From contig OX597826.1 of the NCBI GenBank assembly GCA_951406725.2, forward strand, positions 1,674,001-1,738,000: DNA of 64,000 bases, given 5' to 3'. Source of the stretch: Octopus vulgaris. Its lineage: Eukaryota. Under the pieces are notes generated by a model, which saw only the letters and a list, made by a program, of their open reading frames with translations, did no database searches and was not told the DNA's origin. Below are positions 1 to 12,601 of this stretch, piece after piece. The position numbers and the translations under genes are program-made. Position 1 is the first letter of the stretch. Each line of letters starts with the position of its first letter.

Positions 1-830
1 TGTGATATTAGCTATTACAGTATCAACATAATGGTATTACTTATGATGTCAGCAATTCCAGTGCCAATTTAAGAATATCAGCTGTTGTGATAATGTAATG
101 TTATCAGCTGATATCATAACTGCTATTATGATATCAGCTGTTATGACATCGACTATAATATCAGTGATAATAGCATCAGCTCTAACAATATTAGCCGTTA
201 TATCAACAAAATAATGTTAGCTATTATGATATCAACATAAAAGTATCAGATTTTATGATATCAGCATAATCATATCAGTTGCTATAATGTAAAAGTAATT
301 AATAGTGATAAAAGCAGAAGGCGCATGCCTCAGTGGTTAGAGTGTTGAGCTTATGATAGTGAGGTTGTGAGTTCAATTCCTGGATTGGGCTGTGTGTTGT
401 GTTCTTGAGCAAGACGCTTTATTTTCACATTGCTCAGTTCACTCAGCTGTAGAAATGAGTTGCAACGTCACTGGTGCCAAGCTGTATCGGCCCCTTGCCT
501 TTCCCTTGGATAACATCTAGGTGCAATCCCATGGTCATTCATGACCAAAGGGGGTCTCCTCCTCAATATGAAGCAGTAATCTTGATTTCCAACTTAATGT
601 AGCAGTTGTGTTAGACAACAGAATACTGCATTTTTATCTTGAGAGGGAATGATATCAACCATAATATCACTATGATGGTATCAGCTATAATGTTATTACC
701 CATTATGATATCAACATAATGATATCAGCTGCCATGATATCAAGACTGGAATTACTCGTTATATCAGCGTAACAATATCAGCTGGTTTGATATCACCATA
801 ATATTAGCTGTTATTGAACATTCAGTATGG
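1..830. repeat. Degenerate self-complementary minisatellite built on a (a)gctattatgatatc(a) motif, interrupted by a SINE
   Basis: Many variants of gctattatgatatcagc/aac recur. A 15-bp perfect inverted pair lies at 105-119 (cagctgatatcataa) and 126-140 (ttatgatatcagctg). Confidence 0.65.
319..555 (+). mobile_element. tRNA-derived SINE, family A, internally deleted copy
   Basis: A-box/B-box-like head (ctcagtggttagag ... gagttcaattcc). The body matches the reverse-complement copies at 7942, 17103, 32455, 42866 and 46813 but lacks about 100 bp. Confidence 0.85.
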
Positions 831-1235
831 GACATCAGTAACATTTGCCTTATAAAACAAATACTAGTTGAATACTGGGGTTGATGAATCAGGGGTCGAT
901 GTATTAAACTAACCCCCTCTTCCAAAATTGCTACCCTTGTGGTTAAATTTGAAACAAATATTATTATTATTATTATTATTATTAGAGCTGCTTCATGTTG
1001 CCAAAGTCAACTTAGCCTTTCATCTTTTCGGGGTTGATAAAACAAGTACCAGTTGAACACTGGGGTCGATGTAATTAACTTACCCACCCCACTCCCTGAA
1101 ATTGCTGGCCTTGTACCAAAATTTGAAAGTATTATTAGAGCTGCTTCTAATTCAAAATTTAATTTTGTTTCGCTTGTGCAGCACCATTGCACATCAGCAG
1201 ATAGATTTTACGGTATCTGCTATCAGCATATATAC

Positions 1236-1292
1236 CTTGGCCCAGTTATTCTAATTCGTTTTGAGGCGACTCAGGTATGCGATGCTGAAGAG
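1236..1292 (-). other. Candidate 57-nt exon
   Basis: Minus-strand acceptor gtttcactgttatttcAG and donor aag|GTatat in non-repeat sequence. In phase 1 it reads (S)LQHRIPESPQNELE*. Confidence 0.25.
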
Positions 1293-1989
1293 CTGAAATA
1301 ACAGTGAAACATCAATATCCATCATTCCCATTTACCTACGGTGAGAGTCATCTTGTTTGGTTTGAAGTATTCTGTGTTTTTTAGCCCTTGGCCACCTGGC
1401 TTCTTAAAGGGATTTCCCCACTGATACAGTCCCACAGCTAATAAGCACACAGACAAAACCCCTACATTCAGTTTGTGACATCAGTAATAATGTCACAGTT
1501 ATCATGATATCAGCCATTACATCACCATTTAATGACTGTTGTCCATGATGGACATGGGTTGGACAGTTTGACCAGAGCTGGTAAGCTGAGGGGTCACACT
1601 AGACTCTGATCTGATTTGGCATGGTTTCTATGGCTGGATACCCTTCCTAACACCAACCATTGTGAGACTGTAATGGGTGCATTTACATGCCACTGGCACA
1701 GGTGCCAGTTGTGTGACACCAGTATCCACCATGACTGCGATTCCACTTGGCTTGATGGGTTTTCTGCTCAAGCACGGCATTTTGCCAACCCTAAAGGGTA
1801 TAAAACTGTGTGATCCCTTTAATGCCCTTTCATGCCATAACTTAGCAGTTCAACAAATAGGAGTGGATAAAGTAATTACTTGACTGAAATAAATACTGGA
1901 ATTGATGAGATTAACTAAATATTTGAAGGCATTGCTCCAGTGTGGGCACAGTCTGATAACTGAAATCAGAAACACAATACAAGAATATA

Positions 1990-2089
1990 TGTGTATGTGT
2001 GCTTGTAGTGTGTGTGTGTGTGTGTGTGTTTCTGCACCAAATACATGCATACATTGACATATATGTGGGTATATATGCAGGTGTGTATA

Positions 2090-2122
<33 letters not shown>

Positions 2123-2615
2123 TTCCTGTGTTGTGGTATGTGTGTGTGTGCAGTGAATTCCAAACCTACCAACTTAAATATATCTTAGAAGACCAAAGTG
2201 GGGGGAGAGGGGAGAGGGAGAAAAGAAGGAAAGACAAAAAAGAGGGAGAGAGGGAGGAAGGAGAAGAGGGAGAGAGGGAGGAAGGAGAAGAGGGGCCAGT
2301 GGTGAAAAAAAGTGAGATAAATATTTAAAGACAAAAATAGAAAGAGGAGAGAGAGAGAGAGAAAGAGAGGGAGAGAGAAAGAGAGAGATGTTGAGAAGGA
2401 GGGAGGGGGCCCCCAACAGAGTGTGAGGAGATGGACAGACTGAGATACAGTGCAGACGGAATGGAGATTGGAGACACAAATAGAAACAGGGGGGGAGGAG
2501 GAAGGATTGAAAGAAAATAGCAGAGCTTAAGAGAGAGGAGGAGGAGGAAGCAAGAGGGAGAGAGAGAGAGAGACGTTTTGAGGTAAAGAGAGAGCTGGAG
2601 ACAAATATTTGTGTG

Positions 2616-2650
<35 letters not shown>

Positions 2651-2969
2651 ATTTATATATATAAACACGCATGACTGTCTCTGTATGCATTATATACACA
2701 CACTCATCTATGACTGTGTGTGTGTTTGTGTACAGATAGATATGTGTGAGTATGTGTAAAAGTGAGTATGTGTGTATATATATTATACACATACACTTTT
2801 ACACATGTTCACACACACATGTGGGAGAGACTGGTAGAAAGACAGACAGACAGACAGACAGACAGATAGAAAGACATACTGGCAAAATGTCAGTAAGAGA
2901 GAACAAGATAGAAAGAGAGAGAGAGGGGGAGAGAGAGAGAGACAGATGAAGAAAAAGAAAGAGAGAGGA

Positions 2970-3004
<35 letters not shown>

Positions 3005-3350
3005 TTTACAGAGAAGTTATTTGTGAAGAAGACATTGGTGAGTCATTAGTAGACATTAGTGAATAGTTTGGTAACAGTAAGTTAGCTGTCTTGTTTTGGG
3101 GTGGAAATAATGGGTGTGGTACACGGAGTTGGTTAACTAAGTCTTTATTAACAAAACACTCAGCTGGAGAAATAGACACCACCACCTACTCTCCCTCCCT
3201 CTCTCTCTCTTCCATAATCTCTCTCTCTCTCTCTCTTCCATAATCTCTCCCTCTCTCTCTCTCTCTCTCTTCCATAATCTCTCCCTCTCTCTCTCTCTCT
3301 CTTTCTTCCATAATCTCTCCCTCTCTCTCTCTCTCTCTCTCTCCCTCTCT
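1990..3350. repeat. Compound (GT)n/(GA)n/(GACA)n/(CT)n microsatellite field
   Basis: Directly visible. The (CT)n block at about 3190-3350 is interrupted four times by ttccataatc. Confidence 0.9.
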
Positions 3351-3558
3351 CGTGCAGTCATATCCACAAATAGCAATGTCCAGATGTAAGATATTTCTAT
3401 CAATATTTATATACCATCATCATCATCATCATTGCTGTTGCTTTAATATCCAATTTTCCATGCTTGTACTGGTCAGATATAATTGGAATTTGTTGAGGCA
3501 AATTTTCTATGACCAAATGCCATTCCTGTTGCATGTTTCCTAGCATGGTAATAATAAT

Positions 3559-4183
3559 AATCTTGCCTGCCATGCGGGCAGCCCAGGTTCGATTCCTGGC
3601 CAATGCCCCAATTCCCTGATGCAGTACCAGGCAGTGCCTCTCATGGCTTCTGATCTTAACTGACTGGAAGTGTTATCATGTACATTGTTTTGTCTTGATA
3701 TAAAAGATGGGCTACAGCAAATATTCTGCTCAGTACCACAGATTTGCTTGTCAGTTGTTTGACCTTAACCAGTTGAGCATGTCCCTTAGTGGCTGACGAT
3801 ATGTGCATCTCTGATCATGAGCAGAAGTAGTTGGGGAGCATCATAGCCATGTGTTGAAAAGGATTGTTTGGGGTTTGGAGAATTCACCTCTGGAAACATG
3901 GGTGTTTCGTTCAACATCCTTAAACAACCCTTATTAGGGACTTTTTGAGTGGGATGGGCTACTCAACCTGAAGAAAATTCTAACTGGGCCCCCACCTGCA
4001 AGGTCATGTGTGGTTTATCTTGATATGAGATCACCAAGTCACGCACATATGGTTGTGATGCATGTGCCTGGTGTACCCTTATCAGATGGGATGATGGGTA
4101 TATTGGGCTTCGTATATTTTACCCCAGTGTCACTTTGATGGCATGCACTGCTCTCTCACTCAATAATAATAATAATAATAATG
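3559..4183 (+). mobile_element. SINE with 5'-truncated tRNA-Gly(GCC)-derived head and (AAT)n tail
   Basis: 3559-3606 aatcttgcctgccatgcgggcagcccaggttcgattcctggccaatgc resembles the anticodon arm to acceptor stem of eukaryotic tRNA-Gly-GCC. About 560 bp of body follows, ending in (aat)n and inserted in an (aat)n tract. Confidence 0.75.
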
Positions 4184-4398
4184 ATTTCAAATTTTGGCAC
4201 AAGGCTAGTAATTTTGGGAAGAGAGTAAGTGAATTGCATTGACCCCAGTATTCAACTTGTACTTATTTTATTGACTTCAAAAGGATGAAATTTGAACTGA
4301 AAACAAGAAAATGGAAGAAATACCGCTAAGCATTTTGCCCAGCATGTTAATGATTCTGCCAGCTTGCCACCTTAATAATAATAACAACAAGAGCACAA

Positions 4399-4735
4399 AC
4401 CTCTGCCAAGGCAACACCAACATCCTCTCAACGATTAGCCAGAGTTGATTTTTTAAAATGAGAATATCTGAAATAAACTTGACTGTTCTCACAAACGAGA
4501 ATACTAAAAATGAAACCGACTGCTCTCAAAAATTAAGAAAAAAAACAGAAAAATAATCCAGAATCCTTGTCAGGTACTGGATCGATCCCAAAATCTAATC
4601 AATCCATGCCAGTCACGAGGCCTAACATCCCTGCAAGTTCCATCCGAATCCATCCAGCAGTTCTTGAGATATCTTGTCTACGGACAAACAAACACGACTG
4701 AAAACAATACCTCTGCCTTCGCTAAGGCAAAGGTA
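4399..4735 (+). mobile_element. Non-autonomous element, Helentron-associated (HINE/DINE-like) type
   Basis: Begins acctctgccaagg and ends in the hairpin tacctctgcctt-cgct-aaggcaaaggta. A partial inverted copy lies at 4882-5070. Confidence 0.5.
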
Positions 4736-4881
4736 ATAATAATCCTGTCTACTATTGGCACAAGGCCTGACAGAAATAGTCAATTACATCAACCCCAGTG
4801 CATAGCTGGTACTTATTTCATCTATCCTGAAAGGATGAATGGCAAATCGACCTTGGAATTTGAACTCAGAACGTAAAGACA

Positions 4882-5070
4882 GATCGATCTGGCACCAGAC
4901 AAGGATTCTTGATTATTGTTCTGGGTTTTTAACTTAATTTTTGAAAGCAGTCTGCTTCGTTTTCAGTATTCTCTTTCATGAGAGTAATCAAGTTTATTTC
5001 AGATATTATCATTTTAAAAATCATTTCTGGCTGATCGTTGAGAGGATGTTGGTGTTGTCTTGGTGGAGAT
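4882..5070 (-). mobile_element. Partial inverted copy of the 4399-4588 element
   Basis: Its reverse complement aligns by eye with 4399-4588 (e.g. atcgttgagaggatgttggtgttg vs caacaccaacatcctctcaacgat). Confidence 0.8.
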
Positions 5071-5273
5071 TTGCGCTCTCTCAGTGCGATTATTATTATC
5101 ATTATTATTATTATTATTACTACTACTACTACTACTACTACTATTGTTAAAAAAGTTTTATGAGAAGTGGAATGACTGTAACTTTGAAGTTTCAACCTAT
5201 TAACCTTCATTAGACTTTTGCATTGATAATTCTTAAAAAAAGACAGTGCCATGTATCCCTGTCCTATATAGTG

Positions 5274-5576
5274 CAGGGGCTCTCAACCAGGGTCCATATA
5301 AGATTTTGTGGGGCACAAAGACGCAATATTAGAGGACCACAGTAATTTTTCAGGGGCCATGAAAAAATTGTGCCTTAGACCAATAAACTTTATGCAAAAT
5401 GAATTGGTTAAACATCCACAACACACAAAATATTTAAATTTTTATACAATTCTTAATAATATTTAATTATAAGAATACAATAGGAATTTTTGAACACTGA
5501 ATGGCTTTGGGGTGGGTCCACCCAAGGAAAATAGGAATCAAAGGGGTCCATAGGTAAAAATGGTTGACAACCCCTG
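5274..5576. mobile_element. hAT (Charlie-like) MITE
   Basis: TIRs caggggctctcaacca / tggttgacaacccctg. Degenerate 8-bp TSD atatagtg / cagtagtg. Confidence 0.75.
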
Positions 5577-5619
5577 CAGTAGTGGTTTGACAATCAGAGA
5601 TCCAATTAAAGATCCAAGA

Positions 5620-5988
5620 GTGAATATCAATTTTTACGATCACACAGCACCAAACTTGTGGCCTCCAAACTCACCAGATTTAAATCCCATGGACTACTAC
5701 ATTTGGAGCATTGTTGAAAGGGAGACTAATGGACATCCCCTCAATACCATAGCTTCACTGAAGCTATGGTATGTCTGAAATAATTAAGGACCATTTGGTG
5801 CAGGCATGTCCATGATTTTGGTCCTGTACAGAAGCAGTCATAGAAACTGAAAGGTGGATTCATAGAATAATCTTAAGAAAATTTGAGAATGTGCACAAGA
5901 TTTTTATTTTTAAATATTTGGTTTTTGATAGATTTGAGATGTTTTATGAAATTAGAAAATATGTCCTCTCATACTTGTCGCATCCTGT
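5620..5988 (+). mobile_element. Tc1/mariner-superfamily transposase 3' remnant
   Basis: Translation LWPPNSPDLNPMDYYIW carries the SPDLNP catalytic-region motif. A TIR-like end (...cgcatcctg) is followed by TA. Confidence 0.75.
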
Positions 5989-6095
5989 ATTTATACATAC
6001 ATATATACATGCTGTAATTACTTGTGTATAATGCAGGAAATTTCATATTAAAAAAAATCAGGGTCAAGATTTGAGACAGGTACTATTATACTTAC

Positions 6096-6186
6096 ATGTG
6101 GAAAACAAAAAATACATTAAGAGACCCGTGAAAATGAAAACACAGAAAACGATAGCCCTGAGACATCTAACTACTAATGTAAACAT
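6096..6186 (-). CDS. Candidate first coding segment of a small or type II membrane protein: MFTLVVRCLRAIVFCVFIFTGLLMYFLFST (exon 6337-6096)
   Basis: Acceptor gtaactttcAG before 6337, in-frame stop six codons upstream of the ATG, basic residues then 20 uncharged residues, and a consensus donor cat|GTAAGT (phase 1) at 6095. No homology check was possible. Confidence 0.5.
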
Positions 6187-6723
6187 TTCATTGTAAACAC
6201 TTCATTGCTTATGGCTTTGAAATCCCATTTGCATGGTGAATACATTTGAATACGAAATGTCAATGTTGTTCCCATACTGGTTGTGGTATAGGATTATATA
6301 TACTCAAATGAGATTTTAAAACAGTACAATTTAACACCTGAAAGTTACATTACTAATGTATGCTGGCAATGGAACATCTTCAGTACACACCAACATCGTC
6401 ACCATCCTTGGTTTAATGTACACTCTTCCATGTTGGCGTAATTCAGATAAGAGTTTGCTCAAGCAGGTTCTTCTACTGCCAGACGCTCTTTCAGTTGCCA
6501 ATCCTCAGCTGTTTCCAGGCAACGTAATATCCCCCCCCCAGTGTATCAAACAATGAGCAACCCAGACATGCATTGCACAAGACTGTAAACAAATGATGCT
6601 TTTGTATGAACGGGGTCAAAAAGAAGGGAATATAAGCAGACACATACACACAAATATATGCCCACACACGAATATATGCCTCGCACGCATGCACGCATGT
6701 ACTCACACACCCCATATATGTAT

Positions 6724-6940
6724 CCCTTTAGCATGCAGATTTGTCAAATCTATTGCTTATTTATTAACGTCGTTTTTAATTATCACACATCATCTTGCAC
6801 CTTCAAGATTTCAATGGTGCGTTTGCATATATTTCGAGGATGACATTGTAGGGTAGGTGTGAGAGGTTGGATCTCATCAGTTTTAACTGAAAACAAGTAG
6901 AATATTTGGGCAAAATATGGCTGAATTAAATGCTAAAGGG
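6724..6940. mobile_element. piggyBac-like MITE (ccctttagcat TIR family)
   Basis: TIRs ccctttagcat / atgctaaaggg. Homologous to the TTAA-flanked copies at 23411, 42454 and 46537. Confidence 0.65.
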
Positions 6941-6976
<36 letters not shown>

Positions 6977-7941
6977 GCTTCTTACAGTTTCCATTTATCA
7001 AATTTCAATTGCAAGACATTGACCAACCCACAGTTGCAGTGGAAGACCAGCTGACAAACTGTATCCATGCCGTGAGAATGAATTCAAAGCCACATGGTTC
7101 TAAAGCAAAAAATATAATTAAAAAAAAGTTCTTAACCATGTGTCCATAATAAGAACATGAATGTGAAAAACACACACACAAAAAAACCCCAAAAAACCCC
7201 CACTCCCTCCTCCACCTCATAGAGCTTTCAGTGTTAAGTTTACAATCAAAGAATTTACCGAAAAGACCACCTGTGGAGTATTTAGGAAATTTTGGAATTT
7301 TGAAAGCAAAACATTTGGTTATGGAGAAAGAAGAATTCCCAAGTGCGAAAAAAATGCCAAAAAGTAAACCATCTCTAAGAAATTCAGGCAGAGAATCCAG
7401 AACTGGGAAAAGAATTGGCAGAATGAACTGGAAGAGAAAGGGTAGATATGGTGTAGAAACACACCATGTAAAGTTAGAGAGAGAAGCTAAACCAAGGAAG
7501 AATAGCAGAAGTTATTTGGAGAAACAGATGATGAATCAGAATTTGATGGTGGTTATTTTTTTTTTCTGTTTTTTTAGGAGATAAACTCATTTTATGAATT
7601 ACGACCTTTATTTTAACCTGCGTTACAGGCTTCGCTCAACAGTTTCCAAGCAGAAGTTACTGAGCAAAAACAGGAATGGTGCCAGTCTTGTGGTTGTGGT
7701 TTTTCTGTATGTGTGGGTGTTTGTTCTGGTTTTTCTTTTTTTAATTCTTGTGATTTATGTGTTTTAAAATTTTCAGCAATATTAAATTGGTTGCATGAAA
7801 AATATATATAAAAGACTCTCTCTCTCTCTCACTCTCTGGTGGTGGTACTTGAGAGTAGCATTATATGAGGGAGGATGAAATATATCACCGAATTTTAGCT
7901 ATAAAAATGCTGTAGACTGCATTACATTCAAAATTAAGGAC

Positions 7942-8267
7942 CCACTTTGGTTTTGAATGACCATGGGTTTGCACCTAGAAAGTTACCCACCGAGGCACAG
8001 GTCCAGGTAAGGCTGTTAATGGAAGACCAGCAGTCGCTCATGCATACCAGCCTCATCTCTCCACACCACCGATGTCATCCAAAGGAAAGGCAAAGGCTGT
8101 TATAGCTTGGCACCAGTGATGCCACAAGTCATTTCTACAGATGAGTGAAATGGAGTAACGTGAAATAAAATATTGTGCTCAAGAACTCAACACAGAGCCC
8201 AGTCTGGGAATCGAACTTACTACCTCGTGATTGGGAGCCTGGTGCTCTAACCACTGGTCCATAAGCC
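7942..8267 (-). mobile_element. tRNA-derived SINE, family A
   Basis: Full-length reverse copy with the ctaaccact A-box complement at its right end. Confidence 0.85.
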
Positions 8268-8928
8268 AATTTAAGATTACTTTGTACTCAGATACATACA
8301 CTTTACATGTGTGACTGTCTTTCCTTGTAAGTGTAATATGTGCATTGGTTCCATGTAAAAATGCATGCATACTGGTGCCACATGAAAAGCATTGATGGTG
8401 GTGCCACATAAAACAACCTGTGCTGGTGCCATGTAGAAGCACCCAGTCCAATCGGGGCCTGGTGCAGTCCCCTGGCTTGCCAGCTTCTGTCACCGTCCAA
8501 CCCATGCCAGCATGGAAAATGGGCATTAAACGATGATATAACATAGTAATAGCAATAATATTCCCTGGAATTTATAAATATTTTAATGCATTGCTATGTG
8601 ATTCCATCCAAGGATTATTATTACATTTACCTTACCATTATATCAGCACAGCTCGGTCTGACCTCAAAAATCTGGTATCACCAATTGGCATCATTAAGCT
8701 GTAGCTGGGGCAGAATTAAATAGGATCCTTAATATGCAAATTCAAAACGTTTCCCATAAACGGACTTAAAGGATATATACATACATAGTCGATTTATATA
8801 TACCTTTTCTTGAGAGGCCTTTCTATATATTTTGTATTTTTATGTGCATATATATTTTTTACCTTCTGTGCTTTTATATATGTATTCCTTTTATATGTTG
8901 AAGGCAATGGTAATATTTATATATGATG

Positions 8929-8983
8929 AAATGTATGGAAGCATAGTGTTATATAAATGTATGGAAGCATAGTGTTATATAAA
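8929..8983. repeat. Perfect 26-bp tandem duplication
   Basis: aaatgtatggaagcatagtgttatat x2. Confidence 0.9.
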
Positions 8984-9121
8984 GTCTTTAACCCAAATTT
9001 GATGTTTGTTCTTTAATCAATGTTTTTTGTCTCTGTCTCAATTTCATTTGAGCACTTCCTTTTGCATTTCTATGAATCCTTTTTCTTTCCATAAAAAGAG
9101 GCAAAAATTATTTCTTGTCTC

Positions 9122-9158
<37 letters not shown>

Positions 9159-9164
9159 TATATA

Positions 9165-9563
9165 GGCACAGGAGTGGCTGTGTGGTAAGTAGCTTGCTTA
9201 CCAACCACATGGTTCTGGGTTCATTCCCACTGCGTGGCACCTTGGGCAAGTGTCTTCTACTATAACCACAGGCTGACCAAAGCCTTGTGAGTGGATTTGG
9301 TAGAGGGAAACTGAAAAAGCCCATCGTATATATGTGTGTATATATATGTGTGTGTGTATATGTTTGCGTGTCTGTGTTTGTCCCCCACTTCCATTGCTTG
9401 ACAACCGATGGTGGTGTGTCTACGTCCCCGTAGCTTAGCAGTTCGGCAAAAGAGACTGATAGAATAAGTACTAGGCTTCCAAAGAACAAGACTTGGGGTT
9501 GATTTGCTTGACTAAAGGCGGTGCTCCAGCATGGCCACAGTCAAATGACTCAAACAAGTAAAA
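9165..9563 (+). mobile_element. Bipartite SINE, family B (tRNA-like head, CORE-like accttgggcaagt, internal TA/TG microsatellite linker, 3' module)
   Basis: ggcacaggagtggctgtgtggtaag...ggttcattccc head and gaaactgaaa(g/a)aagcc before the linker. Many homologous copies occur in the window. Confidence 0.9.
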
Positions 9564-11249
9564 GGGTATATATATATATATATATATATATCTATATATA
9601 TAAGGGAAAAGACATGGTACACCTTTATTTCACCTGTTAAAAAGGTTTCAGTGTTTCACAACATATAAGACACTACAGATGTAAAAATATTTCATGTGTC
9701 TTCTCATGATACATCAATAAACCCAAGCTAATGAATCCTGTGTGAGTTTGTTCAACTTGCTAGAAACAGCAGCCAAATCTATCTCTAATTATATTCTGCT
9801 GTTGAAAAAAAAATAATAAATAGAAGTAGCACAATTGCTTTTAAAGTGATAAAGAAGTGATATTGAACCTGTGCATGTGGTTATTATTATTATTAGCTTA
9901 ATGACCCTCCCAAGACACAACAATAGCACAATACTAAACACAAAATAGCTAGAAAATTGATGAAATGGTCACATCTGTAAACATCTGATCATAGATCTGT
10001 TGTATCAGATCTAATTCAAGCCTAAACAACAACAGCCATCATGTTTATGATTCCTAATGAAAGATTTCTATGCAGACGTTCAAAGGACACATCGTATAAT
10101 ATATTCCTCAAGCTAAATAACATCATCATCATCATCATTATCATCATCCTCCTCCTCTTCACTACTATCATCACCACCAACATATCTCATATTTTCCCCT
10201 TTTTCCTATGTTTAGTCTAGTTGTCACGAGCTAAACAACCTGCTATGTAATTAAGTACTAGGTGTCCTGTTATGCTTATCCAATCTCTCATCATCAAGGT
10301 AACATCAAGATTCCATTACAGATGCTTACCTGTTAAGTTAGAGAGAGAGACTGAATTTCTTCTCAGAGTAATTTCAGAAATTTTTGCATCTGTTTTATAT
10401 CATCTACATATATTTTGTATTTATTTTTTCATTTTTATTTTTGTACAAGAGTGATTTTTGAGTGATTTTTCTCACTAATTTTGTTCTGCGTGTAGAGACA
10501 GAATATCTGTAACGAGCTCCACCCAGCAAGAAAATGTGTCTACTAACTCATGCAAGTTTGTCCTTCAATCTAGTCGGCGTCTTGATGTATGCAACTGTCA
10601 TACACGCATGTGAATTTGAAAACTATATTAGTTACCTTCGTTTGTGAGCTCATATTACTGTGAAGTATTCTGTTTGTGTCAGGGTTGGTGTATGCAAACA
10701 GATTGTTGTGATGGTAGTACTAGAACAAGAATCTCTCTTTGAGAGACTGCCATTGCTGCTTTCTGTTTATTTTTAATCTTACGGGGTCAAGAGAGTTAAG
10801 AAGACAGTGTCCCTGTCTCCTTGTACAACCTCCAAGACTGGTGGAGGGAGAGGGGGAGAGGTAGGGAAGGCATCCTTGAACCAGATTTGAACTATCACAT
10901 TTAAATTCCTTTGTTGCCATTGTTATTTCCTGGTTGATAATAATTTCATGTTTTATCAGATAAAATAAGGGGCTTTTACGGGTTTTTCTATAAACACAAG
11001 CACATGCGTAGACACACATACACAAATTTACATGTACTAACTCTCTCATACATACACACACAAATATAAATATTTTGTTAAGGCACTGCAAGACTAATAA
11101 CCTGGTATAGAACTCAATATGTACACTCATGCCTGCAAGGACAACAGATGCTAAATCATGATGATGATGAGAGCAGTAGTAAGAAATCGGGATGACAAAA
11201 GAATAGACTATCATTATGAACTGATTGTCCCTTTCTTACCCTAATTTCT

Positions 11250-11284
<35 letters not shown>

Positions 11285-12116
11285 CAGTTGAAAAATATCG
11301 TTATAGGTATAAAAATATCATAAACAATTATAGAAAATTGGAGGAGTAAAAGATGTTGAATCAAAATTAGATTTAATGCAAAATAGGATTCACTACATAT
11401 GCATGTTTCAAAGGACAATACAAATATGTAAGAAAAAATTATAACCATAGTAATTATAATTAAATTTATGCATTGTCATTTTCATCAGTGTGAAGAATTT
11501 TTGTAAGGACATCAAAAAATGCTTAATAAAATAAATTAGAATAAGATACAATAAGGGAGAATACAAGAGGGGTAATAGGTAAAAAAATATATTTTTGCTA
11601 GCAAGTTTAAAAAGGGGAAAAAATAACTTCTATTTTCACATTCTTATTACTTACTCTGACTGTTTTTTATGAATATGATGAATCTTTATTAGAAATCATT
11701 CTTTCTCACTTTTTGGAACTCTCAAAAAGTTTGAATTGTTCTCTTTTGAACATATTTTCACACACACACACACACACATATAGTTAGAAAACAGAGATCT
11801 AATGGATACAAATTAATTAATTAATCAACATATTAACCAACAATTGTTTCATTTCTTAAATAAGATTAAAATTACAAAACATATATATAAAAATATAATT
11901 TTGCATTTTAAATACCTTATAAGGAAAATATCGGGGTTTTCAGAGAACAATAAGGATTACATAGGGATACTTTCGGAATATACTAAACACACAAACATGT
12001 TCACTATGTGTGTATGTATATGAGAGAGAGAGAGAGAGAGAGTGTGTGTGTGTGTGTGTGTGTGTGTGCATGTGTGCATGCATTGTGCATGCATTAAAAT
12101 TATTCCTTTTATTTCA

Positions 12117-12340
12117 ATTCATCTCTTTATTGCCTACAGGGGCTAAACATAGAAGGGGCAAGCAAAGACAGTCAAAGGGATTAAGTCGATTGCATTGACC
12201 CTAGTGTGTAACTGGTACTTATTTAATCAACCCCGAAAGGATAAAAGGCAAAGTCGACCTCGGCGGAATTTGAACTCAGAACGTAACAGCGAATGAAATA
12301 CAGCTAAGCATTTCACCCAACATGCTAACATTTCTGCCAG
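12117..12340 (-). mobile_element. SINE, family C (gagctggcagaaacgttagc head, ...taaagaaata tail)
   Basis: Reverse complement of the copies at 35741, 50899 and 58419. Confidence 0.85.
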
Positions 12341-12488
12341 TAATAAGTAATAATGATGGGTTATATTATATAAAGGTAAATTAATATAATGATTAAAAGA
12401 AAGTGAAGGAAAATAAGATTTCTGTTCATGGAATAAATAAAGTAAAAGTGAAACAAAATTTATATGTAATAAAAAACAAATATATATA

Positions 12489-12557
12489 TGCGCGTGCGCG
12501 CGCGCGCGTGTGCGCGTGCGTGTGCGCGTGTGCGTGTGCGTGCGTGTGCGTGTGCGT

Positions 12558-12597
<40 letters not shown>
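12489..12597. repeat. Alternating purine-pyrimidine (GC)n/(GCGTGT)n/(GT)n tract
   Basis: Directly visible. Unusually CpG-rich for this window. Confidence 0.9.

Positions 12598-12601
<4 letters not shown>

Noticed and set aside
1182-1274. Plus-strand 93-nt in-frame exon (cag|...cag|gtatgc)
   Set aside because: The peptide is unrecognisable and no partner plus-strand coding exons were found. It overlaps the minus-strand candidate.
2174-2792. Leu/Ser-rich hydrophobic ORFs
   Set aside because: Translation of (CT)n/(CA)n tracts.
3002-3037. Plus-strand short first exon ending ttg|GTGAGT after (GA)n
   Set aside because: Only a donor motif supports it, and such motifs occur by chance.
3559-3606. 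tRNA-Gly gene
   Set aside because: The 5' acceptor strand and D-arm are missing, and it runs into a SINE body. The other tRNA-like heads are also SINE parts.
7231-7584. 117-aa Lys/Arg-rich ORF
   Set aside because: Non-ATG start, purine-rich biased sequence, no recognisable domain or convincing splice context.
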